A stretch of 64,000 nucleotides of DNA from Pedosphaera sp. (lineage in GTDB: Bacteria > Verrucomicrobiota > Verrucomicrobiia > Limisphaerales > UBA9464): contig SIBK01000009.1 of assembly GCA_009695205.1 (NCBI GenBank), positions 4,964 to 68,963 on the forward strand, given 5' to 3'. The notes below the pieces were generated by a model. It ran no database searches and was not told where the DNA came from. It saw nothing but the letters and a program-made list of their open reading frames with translations. Of the stretch, positions 1 to 7,608 are shown piece after piece. Position 1 is the first letter of the stretch; the number at the start of each line of letters is the position of its first letter. Position numbers and translations under genes: made by a program.

Positions 1-1521
1 CAGCGACCAGGCCCCCGTTTTTTCGGTGGGTTCGGCCAATTCACACGCCAGCCAGTCGAGGAGTTCCGGATGCGACGGCGGCGTGCCCTGCGTCCCAAAA
101 TCGTTCTCTGTTTCTACCAATCCGCGCCCGAAGAATTGTTGCCACAAACGGTTCATCACCACTCGAGCCGTCAACGAATTCTCCCCGGATATCAACCACG
201 CCGCCAGATCGCGTCGGCTCCGACCGGACGTCGCCGCTGGCGCGAGCACGGCCGGTGTCCCGGGCGTCACCACATTCGATGGCCGGGTGAAATCGCCCTT
301 GATCATCACGCGCGTCTCCCGCATTTCGGGGCGCTCCTTCATCACCAGCGTCGACGGGATCATCGGTTCCTGAAGCTTGAACCGGTCGAGCTCACCTCGA
401 CGCGCCTTCCAGTCCGGGTCCTGATCCCGAAACATTCCCCACAACAAGTTCGACTGATCCTTCGCGCGGTTCGCCGGTGGAATGGCCAGGATGTCTCTCA
501 GGAGCCGGGACAAACCATTCCGAGTTTTTTCCGTCAATCCGGCCTCCCAGCCTTGAAACCGCCCCGGCAGCTCCGTCGCCGCCCAATCCGCCAGCGCCTT
601 GTCCCGGCGGCTCACCTCAGCACGGTGTTCATTTCGCTGGCTGATCTCCGTGGGGGTTCCGAGTTCCAACGTCTGTTCTGCCGTCAAACTGGCGTTTCCA
701 TGCCCGTCGTTTTCACACGAATTGAAGTACGCGAACAATTGGTAGTATTCGCGCTGTGAAATGGGATCGAACTTGTGATCGTGACACTGCGCGCAGCCCA
801 CCGTCAGCCCGAGCCATACCGTGGCAGTCGTATTCACTCGATCAACCACGCTCTCAACCCGGAATTGTTCCACGTCCACGCCCCCTTCATGGTTCACCTG
901 CGTGTTCCGGTGGAAGCCCGACGCAATGGCTGCATCGCGCGCCTGATCGGCGCCCAGTGTCGCATCGGACGCGATCAGGTCTCCTGCCAGCTGCCACACC
1001 GTGAACTGATCGAACGGCATGTCAGCGTTCAAGGCACGAATCACCCAGTCCCGGTACGGCCAGACACTGCGGGGTGAATCGATGCTATACCCGTTGGAAT
1101 CGGCGTAACGCGCCAAATCCAACCAGATCCGGGCTTGTCTCTCGCCAAAATGCGGCGATGCCAGCAGCCGCTCGACGACACGTTCCCAGGCGTCTGGACT
1201 CCGGTCAGAGAGGAATCCACGAACGTCGGCGGGCGAGGGCGGAAGTCCGGTCAAATCCAGGCTTACACGGCGGATCAATGTGACCCGATCGGCCTCGGGC
1301 GAGGCCTGAATCCCTTCCACTGCGAGACGCGCGCGAATGAACGCATCGATCGGATTCATCGTCGCCTCCGTGGAGATCCGTGGGATCACCGACCGCACCG
1401 GCTTCACGAATGCCCAATGCTGTTGCGGCAAGGGCTTTGCGTCCCTGGCGGCAGCCAACCCCGATTCCAGCGGCATCCCGTTCGCGAGGAGCATCAGACA
1501 AATAATCCATCGACACGTCAT
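1..1521 (-). CDS. DUF1549/DUF1553 (PSCyt2 + PSD) domain protein; C-terminal end runs off the window
   Basis: Not in the ORF track (no stop inside the window). Manual minus-strand translation from ATG (complement of 1519-1521) gives MTCRWIICLMLLANG... (signal-like). DUF1549 hallmarks: RVSLDLTGLPPSPADV and WLDLARYADSNGY. DUF1553 hallmarks: GLTVGCAQCHDHKFDP and NRLWQQFFGRGLV. The frame stays open to position 1. The + strand ORFs 26-373, 70-759 etc. are shadow ORFs. Confidence 0.85.
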   Translation of the reverse strand, partial: MTCRWIICLMLLANGMPLESGLAAARDAKPLPQQHWAFVKPVRSVIPRISTEATMNPIDAFIRARLAVEGIQASPEADRVTLIRRVSLDLTGLPPSPADVRGFLSDRSPDAWERVVERLLASPHFGERQARIWLDLARYADSNGYSIDSPRSVWPYRDWVIRALNADMPFDQFTVWQLAGDLIASDATLGADQARDAAIASGFHRNTQVNHEGGVDVEQFRVESVVDRVNTTATVWLGLTVGCAQCHDHKFDPISQREYYQLFAYFNSCENDGHGNASLTAEQTLELGTPTEISQRNEHRAEVSRRDKALADWAATELPGRFQGWEAGLTEKTRNGLSRLLRDILAIPPANRAKDQSNLLWGMFRDQDPDWKARRGELDRFKLQEPMIPSTLVMKERPEMRETRVMIKGDFTRPSNVVTPGTPAVLAPAATSGRSRRDLAAWLISGENSLTARVVMNRLWQQFFGRGLVETENDFGTQGTPPSHPELLDWLACELAEPTEKTGAWSL

Positions 1522-1737
1522 ATGGAGCTGCCCATCAAGTACCACGGAAGCCAGCTCTCTGGAAAGCATTGAAGACGCGGAGGCAGCAGTTCTTATTTTG
1601 GTAAACCCTGTGGGGCGCGTGAGTCGTAACGAGAATGAACTGAGTCACGAGAGTTATTTCCACACCGCTCAACCCGACCGGCCATTACATCTCATTCTGA
1701 TCTGGCCAGCGCGAGAGGCTTGGAGTAGTAACGGACG

Positions 1738-2700
1738 ATGAATAAACGGAAATTGGGACGGCGCGAGGCACTGGCCCAAACGGGATTGTTGGCCGGCGCA
1801 ACGATGGCGTTTGAGCAGTTCGCAGTTTCCAACGCATCAGCGCAGGCTGTTGGAGCGAAGAATGAATCCGCATTCCTGTTTTGCCTGAATACGGCCACAA
1901 TCCGCGGACACAAACTTGGAATTGTCAAAGAAGTCGAAATCGCTTCCGAAGCCGGTTATAGCGGGATTGAACCCTGGGTGGATTCGGTTCAGGAATATGT
2001 CAAAGGTGGCGGGACACCAAAGGATTTGCGGAAACGTATTGTGGATGCGGGCCTGACGGTGGAGGGCGCGATCGGATTTTCGGATTGGATCGTCGATGAC
2101 GACGCACGGCGCGCCAAAGGTTTGGAGCGGGCAAAACAGGAGATGGATCTGATGGCTCAAATCGGGGCTCGCCGGTTTGCAGCCCCGCCCGCGGGCGCGA
2201 CCGACTTGCCCAAGCTGGACTTGTTGAAGGTTGTCGAACGGTATCGCGCTCTGCTGGAGGCAGGGGATCAAATTGGGATTGTGCCGGAGTTGGAGCTGTG
2301 GGGGTTTTCAAAGAATCTAAATCATTTGGGAGAATGCGTGTTCGTCGCCATGGAAACCGGGCATCCCAAAGCGTGCGTGCTCGCGGATGTGTTCCATTTG
2401 CACAAGGGCGGCTCGAACTTTCGCGGCATGCGACTGCTGGGTCCGGAAGCGATTCCGGTCCTTCACATGAACGATTTCCCAATCAATCCCCCGGCGGAAA
2501 AAATTGACGACAGCTTCCGCATTTATCCCGGGGACGGGTCGGCGCCGCTGTTGGAAATCCTGACTGCGCTGCGCAAGACCGGTGGTCAAAAGGTGCTTTC
2601 GCTGGAACTATTTAATCGCACCTATTGGACACAAAAGGCGCTGGACGTGGCGAAGACCGGGCTAGCCAAAATGAAAGCAGTGGCGCTGAAGGTAATCTAG
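1738..2700 (+). CDS. Sugar phosphate isomerase/epimerase (xylose-isomerase-like TIM barrel) with twin-arginine signal
   Basis: 320-aa ORF. N-terminus is MNKRKLGRREALAQTGLLAGATMAF (TAT-like). The body resembles AP-endonuclease-2/xylose-isomerase-like TIM-barrel proteins (GYSGIEPW..., ELELWGF..., ADVFHLHKGG). Confidence 0.8.
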   Translation: MNKRKLGRREALAQTGLLAGATMAFEQFAVSNASAQAVGAKNESAFLFCLNTATIRGHKLGIVKEVEIASEAGYSGIEPWVDSVQEYVKGGGTPKDLRKRIVDAGLTVEGAIGFSDWIVDDDARRAKGLERAKQEMDLMAQIGARRFAAPPAGATDLPKLDLLKVVERYRALLEAGDQIGIVPELELWGFSKNLNHLGECVFVAMETGHPKACVLADVFHLHKGGSNFRGMRLLGPEAIPVLHMNDFPINPPAEKIDDSFRIYPGDGSAPLLEILTALRKTGGQKVLSLELFNRTYWTQKALDVAKTGLAKMKAVALKVI

Positions 2701-2726
2701 ACCTTTACCCTAGGCCGCCCCGAGAG

Positions 2727-3060
2727 GGGCTCATCCCGATGGTGTGGGCGCTCCCAACTCGAATTGCCCGCGATTTGCCGACTTTTCACGTTTGCCAATA
2801 CGTGGGTGATGTTCGGAGCAAAGCTGCGGAGCAGCGCCAGAGAATAGCCCATGGCGGAAGCCATGGGACGGTGTTCACATCAAGTCCAAGCCCCGCCAGG
2901 GGCGACAGAGGAAGAGGACGGCAACCGTCTGCGCAAATCTCCATCGCCCCTCCGGGGCTTGAGAGCGCGCGTGTCGAGACCCACGACTGGCGCCGTGGGC
3001 TACTTTCCGGCGGCGCTCCGCGCCTTAAGAGTGCACGTGTACCAACAACTTCGGGATGCC
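2727..3060. mobile_element. MITE-like element, family A, full-length copy A1 (intergenic)
   Basis: Aligns by eye over ~334 bp with 52065-52400. Left end is GGGCTCATCCCGATGGTGTGGGCG. Right end is ACCAACAACTTCGGGATGCC (reverse complement GGCATCCCGAAGTTGTTGGT). The flanks GCCCCGAGAG and CCCCCGACCG look like a degraded 10-bp duplication (7/10). ORFs 2625-3383(+) and 2786-3076(-) are just translations of the repeat. Confidence 0.7.
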
Positions 3061-3307
3061 CCCCCGACCGAATCACACTGTATCAGCGCAGACTCCACCA
3101 ATCGGGGACGGCTGAGTCGGTGACCTGTTCTAGGCAAATTCCTATTTCCATTGCATGTTCAGCACGAAGAAACCGTGTCCCTTGTCGTGGGTTTGATTTT
3201 CAGCCGTCTCTTCGGAACTTGCTGGGTCTGTCCTGTAATCCAGCGTTGAAACGCCGGGCCAATGTCGATTTTCTCTCCGGGACATACGTGCAAGTAGATG
3301 GCCAAAG

Positions 3308-3460
3308 TCCAGGCGCGGACTGCCGTCCGCGACTACGGGTCGACGGTTCATGGAGAGCAAAGTTTTCCAACGAATGGACATGAATTTGGACCATGAACCG
3401 TTGCAGGGGAATGAGTTGCGGGGACTGCGGTCCGCGACTACGAGGGGACGATTCATGGAG
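3308..3460. repeat. Family B hairpin (REP-like) repeat, two units in tandem
   Basis: GCGCGGAC-TGCC-GTCCGCGACTACGGGTCGACGGTTCATGGAG at ~3313-3358 and GCGGGGAC-TGCG-GTCCGCGACTACGAGGGGACGATTCATGGAG at ~3418-3460. They are joined by the spacer ...TTCCAACGAATGGACATGAATTTGGACCATGAACCGTTGCAGGGGAATGAG. The same unit recurs at 6077-6178 (inverted) and 42852-43003. Confidence 0.75.
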
Positions 3461-3944
3461 GGGTACTATCGATAAAACAATTCAACAACCTCTGACAGCG
3501 GATGTCTGACCCTCGGGTTCAAAGTCTGGCCCGCATGTTCAAATCCTTCTCGAATCGCACCACACATTCCACCGTGGAACTTATCATGGTCTTCGGCCAT
3601 GGGTGTCTCGTAAAGCTGCCTGATGGCCGATTCGAACTACAGGGAGGCAGTTGGGCCGATCACACCGCAGCAAAGGAATACGCATCCCTCTTCCTCCACC
3701 CGGCATCACCCATCAAATCGCTCCCAACCCGCTGACGCCCGTTCGAACGGGGCGTGTCAGCATGCGAATTCTCATATCACTTTAATTTTGACGGGTTGCG
3801 ACCCGGAAGCCATTCATGCGTTGGCTGCGGTCGATGCACACCCGTTGCCTTGGACCCCGGGCCCCCCCGGACGATCCCACGGTCAGTAGACCGGGGCTGT
3901 AGCCGCTGCGATACGGCCTTGGAAGACTGCAACCTCGGAGAAAA

Positions 3945-4847
3945 ATGAACCAATACGACGCCCAAATCGCTGTCTCCCGGCGCACCAACGACAGCGCCCG
4001 ACTGGTCCTGCGGGGCATCGGGCTGAACGCACTGCTGGCCGCGGTGAAGTTGGCCGGAGGTATCTTTGGGCATACCTACGCGCTCATTGCTGATGCGGCG
4101 GAGTCCATGCTCGACATCCTCTCGTCGACGCTGGTGTGGGCGGGCTTCCGCGTCGCGGCGCGACCGCCCGACGCCAATCATCCCTATGGTCACGGCAAGG
4201 CCGAACCGCTCGCCGCCCTTGCCGTGGCGCTGTTTATTTTCGCGATGACCGCGTGGGTGGCTTCGCATGCGGTGCAGGAGATCCGGACTCCACACCAGGG
4301 GCCGGCCTGGTGGACGCTGCTGGTGCTGGCTGGCGTCATCGTGGCGAAAACCTGGTTCTCACGCCGGATGAGCATGGCCGGCGAGCAGGTGGGCAGCACC
4401 GCGTTGGGGATTGAGGCGATGCACCATTGGTCAGATGCGATGACCTCCGCAGCGGCGTTTGTTGGCATCAGCATTGCGCTGTGGGGCGGCACCGGATGGG
4501 AGACGGCCGACGACTGGGTGGCGCTGTTCGCGTGCGTCATCATCGCCTTCAACGGGTTCGGCATGTTCACCAAAGCGCTGGGTGACGTGATGGACGTGGC
4601 CGCGCCTGCGAATTTCGAGAACGAAGTGCGGGCCCTCGCCCTTGCCGTGCCGGGAGTGCAAGCGCTCGACAAGATGCGCGTGCGCAAGAGCGGTCTTAGC
4701 CACCTCGTCGATATCCAAGTGCGCGTGGACGGCAATCTGACCGTGCGCGCAGGGCACGATATCGCGCACGCTGTAAAGGATGCACTCATCTCGTCCGCCA
4801 GCCATGGCATCAGCGATGTTACGGTGCACATTGAGCCGGCAAGGTAA
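3945..4847 (+). CDS. Cation diffusion facilitator (CDF) family metal efflux transporter
   Basis: 300-aa ORF with six predicted TM segments. CDF signatures: ALIADAAESMLDILSS and HPYGHGKAEPLAAL. C-terminal cytoplasmic domain present (HLVDIQVRVDG...HDIAHAVKD). Confidence 0.9.
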   Translation: MNQYDAQIAVSRRTNDSARLVLRGIGLNALLAAVKLAGGIFGHTYALIADAAESMLDILSSTLVWAGFRVAARPPDANHPYGHGKAEPLAALAVALFIFAMTAWVASHAVQEIRTPHQGPAWWTLLVLAGVIVAKTWFSRRMSMAGEQVGSTALGIEAMHHWSDAMTSAAAFVGISIALWGGTGWETADDWVALFACVIIAFNGFGMFTKALGDVMDVAAPANFENEVRALALAVPGVQALDKMRVRKSGLSHLVDIQVRVDGNLTVRAGHDIAHAVKDALISSASHGISDVTVHIEPAR

Positions 4848-4937
4848 CGCCAACGCCGTCGAATACCAGCAGCAGCCATGAGCTGAACGAAGAATGGGCT
4901 TTAAGGGATCCCGTCCGCAGGATACTGTGTTATCTCG

Positions 4938-5364
4938 ATGATTCCCGAAACTCTCCAGCGTTCACGCAGCGAGCCTGTGGACGACGTGCTGTTGCAGGAG
5001 ATCGTCGGCAAAATTGTGGAGCGGTTTCAGCCGCGCCGCATTATTCTATTCGGCAGCCGGGCGCGAGGAGACCACCGCCGCGACAGCGATCTGGATTTAT
5101 TCGTCGAGATGGATACGGACGCCAAGCCGCACGAACGGCGTCCGTCCGGAGCGAACGCACGACCTCGGCCGGCTGCCGAGCGAATACTCAACGTTCGACG
5201 GGTATTTGCGGAGGCTGATCGAGGATTGCGACAAGCTAACGGAGTTTGCAGTGGACATTCGCTATCCTGACATTCCCGTGGAAGCCGAGGAGCAGGCGGG
5301 GCGGCAAGCCGCTGTCCTGGCCGAGCGGATTTGCGTGGCCATTCGCGCACGCTTGCCGAGCTGA
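4938..5364 (+). pseudogene. Internally deleted MNT (nucleotidyltransferase antitoxin) / HEPN (toxin) remnant
   Basis: ORF 4938-5270 starts with a minimal-nucleotidyltransferase N-terminus (RIILFGSRARGDHRRDSDLDLFVEMD). ORF 5014-5364, in another frame, ends like a HEPN C-terminus (RPERTHDLGRL...FAVDIRYPD...EEQAGRQA). The two are joined out of frame near 5135 and total only ~142 codons, against roughly 230 for an intact pair. Confidence 0.6.
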
Positions 5365-5391
5365 AAAGCACCCAGCGAACCCGCCGTCAAT

Positions 5392-6074
5392 ATGAACCTG
5401 TCCCTAGCATCGGAATCAACCAGCACGGTTGAGCCCGTCCAGCAGGGGCACCGCACGGGCCTGGTGACGCTGGTGTTCACCGACATCATCGGCTCGACGG
5501 CGCTTAAGCAGCAGCTCGGGGATCGCCAGGCCGTCGCCCTGATCCAGAAGCACCATGCGGTCGTGCGGGAACTCGTAGCAAGTTTCGAGGACGCGCGAGT
5601 GATCAGCACGGCGGGCGACTCGTTCTTCCTCGTATTTGCCAAGCTGTCAGACGCGGTGAAGTTTGCGCTCCAATTGCTAACCCAACTTCGTGATTTGGCT
5701 CAGAACACCGGGCACTCTCTGGCCGACCGCGTGGGCATTCACGTGGGCGAAATGGTAATTCAGGAGGAGGCCGGCGCAGCCCAGCCGGAAGACCTTTACG
5801 GAATTCATGTCGGTACCTGCGCGCGCGTGATGGGTCTGGCGGGTGCGATGATGTGGCGAAGGTGTATCTGAATGGAGAACAGATCCACAAATCTCCCAGC
5901 AATCGCTCCTTCAATGCAGACCAGGATACGGTGTCAGACATCCTTTTGAACGCCGGGTTGAACGTGCTGATATTTAAAGTGGTGAATGAAGACGGAAACT
6001 GGCAGGGCTCCATTCGGTTCACCGATGCCCGGGGCACCCCAGTCAAGGGCATCACGGTGACGCTGACACCGTAA
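5392..6074 (+). pseudogene. Remnant of a class III adenylate/guanylate cyclase-domain protein (N-terminal cyclase fragment joined out of frame to a C-terminal beta-sandwich fragment)
   Basis: ORF 5392-5871 reads HRTGLVTLVFTDIIGSTALKQQLGDR...TAGDSFFLVF...RVGIHVGEMV...DLYGIHVGTCARVMGLAG, then becomes nonsense. ORF 5853-6074 (other frame) reads (DDV)AKVYLNGEQ...LNAGLNVLIFKVVNEDGNWQGSIRFTD, a typical C-terminal module. No kinase or repeat region lies between them, so most of the gene appears deleted. Confidence 0.6.
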
Positions 6075-6076
6075 CT

Positions 6077-6178
6077 TTCCATGAACCGGAACGTCATAGT
6101 CGCGGACGGCAGTCCGCGCAATCCTCTTTCCTGCAACCGTTCATGGTCACAATTCATGTCCATTCTTTGGACGTTTTC
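6077..6178. repeat. Family B hairpin repeat, one unit, inverted orientation
   Basis: TCCATGAACCGGAACGTCATAGTCGCGGAC-GGCA-GTCCGCGCAATCC...CTGCAACCGTTCATGGTCACAATTCATGTCCATTCTTTGGACG is the reverse complement of the 3308-3460 unit. Confidence 0.75.
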
Positions 6179-6351
6179 CCTGCCCGCAAACACAAGCCCC
6201 CTTTTACAGGAGAAAAATCTTGTGGAGGAATCTCCTGATGATCCAATTACGACAATCGGCACATCCTCCCACACGCTGATGCAAGTGTGGCGACGCGTGC
6301 TGCACAGCGGATTCGTTCAACACGCCGGAAAGAAACCCCTCCACACACTCC

Positions 6352-7608
6352 ATGTTTCGCTTCATCCACGCCGCAGACCCGCATCTGGACAGCCCACTCC
6401 AAGGGTTGGAAGCCCACGAGGGGGCGCCCCTCGATCGGCTCCGAGGTGCCACGCGTCGCGCCTTTGGAGACCTGGTTCAATTGGCCATCGACGAACAGAT
6501 TGACTTCCTGGTGATCGCGGGCGACCTCTATGACAGAGATTGGAGAGACTATAACACCGGCCTCTTTTTTCGTGGCCAAATGGTCCGACTCTTCGACCAA
6601 AATATTCCCGTTTATCTGATTTCCGGAAATCACGATGCGGCTTCGGTCATTTCGAAAAAACTGAGCCTGCCGGAGAATGTACATGTCTTTTCCACCCGAA
6701 CGGCGGAATCCAAGGAAGTGCCAAAACATCGTGTGGTGATTCATGGACGCGGATTCCCGAACCGAGCGGTGCCGGAGAATCTGGTGAAGGATTATCCCTC
6801 GGCTATATCGGGTAAGTTCAACCTCGGACTGCTTCACACAAGTCTTACCGGGAGACCGGGTCACGACACGTACGCACCGTGTTCCGAAACGGATCTGCGG
6901 GAGAAGGGCTACGGTTACTGGGCCCTCGGTCATATTCACCAACCCGAAGTGATCAGCCAGGATCCCTGGATTGTGTTCGCGGGCAATTGCCAGGGGCGAC
7001 ACGTCCGAGAGGCGGGACCTCGCGGATGCCGTTTAATCACGGTGAACGATTCTCTCACGGTGGAACGGGCTGATTGGCGCACCCTGGACGTCGTTCGTTG
7101 GCAGGAGCTGAATGTCGATTGCACCGGCATCAAGAACGAATCCGAGGCGCTTCGGCGGGTCGGAGAATCGATGAAAAAAGCCGTGAACGAAGCGGAAGGG
7201 CGGCTGGTTGCCGCGCGGATTGTCATCGGTGGCACAACCTGCTTGCACGGTTCGCTACACCGGGATGGCCATCGGTGGCGCGCGGAATTACTGGCGTGCG
7301 CGCAAGATCAGGGCGCCGAGGCTCTTTGGATTGAGCGGATCAAAATCGCCACAACTCCAGTCTATGACGTTGCCCAGCTGGCCGAGCGAGATGGCCTGAC
7401 GAAGATCGTCGTGGAAAACTTGGCTGAAGCTCATGACAAACTGACTACGCTGCCAGCCGAGATCGAGGAAATGCTCGGAGTGCTGCCGCCGGAGCTTCGG
7501 AGGGAAGTCGAGGCGGAATGGGGTGAGGACCAGCGAGGGGCCGTCCTGAACGACGTTCGGGCCATCATTCTGGAGGCCTTGTCGACGAAGGGAGGACACG
7601 CCTCGTGA
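6352..7608 (+). CDS. Metallophosphoesterase DNA-repair exonuclease, SbcD/Mre11-like (YhaO/SbcF type)
   Basis: 418-aa ORF with calcineurin-like phosphoesterase motifs: FIHAADPHLD, VIAGDLYD, SGNHD, GHIHQ. Its TGA stop overlaps the GTG start of the next gene (GTGA at 7605-7608). Confidence 0.85.
   Translation: MFRFIHAADPHLDSPLQGLEAHEGAPLDRLRGATRRAFGDLVQLAIDEQIDFLVIAGDLYDRDWRDYNTGLFFRGQMVRLFDQNIPVYLISGNHDAASVISKKLSLPENVHVFSTRTAESKEVPKHRVVIHGRGFPNRAVPENLVKDYPSAISGKFNLGLLHTSLTGRPGHDTYAPCSETDLREKGYGYWALGHIHQPEVISQDPWIVFAGNCQGRHVREAGPRGCRLITVNDSLTVERADWRTLDVVRWQELNVDCTGIKNESEALRRVGESMKKAVNEAEGRLVAARIVIGGTTCLHGSLHRDGHRWRAELLACAQDQGAEALWIERIKIATTPVYDVAQLAERDGLTKIVVENLAEAHDKLTTLPAEIEEMLGVLPPELRREVEAEWGEDQRGAVLNDVRAIILEALSTKGGHAS

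Noticed and set aside
2625-3383. 252-aa ORF, and its apparent paralogs 51885-52463 and 62366-62836, as a repeated protein family
   Set aside because: The shared peptide strings (AEQRQR.AHGGSHG..., PPGLES.RVETHDW) arise from translating the family A MITE. The copies have terminal inverted repeats, one interrupts a gene, and the frame is not preserved between copies.
3308-3460. CRISPR array formed by the tandem family B units (also 42852-43003)
   Set aside because: There are only two units per locus, the repeats are imperfect, the inter-repeat sequence is itself conserved between loci, there are no cas genes, and one locus is in inverted orientation. This is REP-like behaviour, not CRISPR.
3502-3735. 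77-aa ORF upstream of the CDF transporter as a small regulator or metallochaperone
   Set aside because: No recognisable motif (no CxxC, HTH or His-rich tract) and no clear ribosome-binding context. There is insufficient evidence to call a gene.
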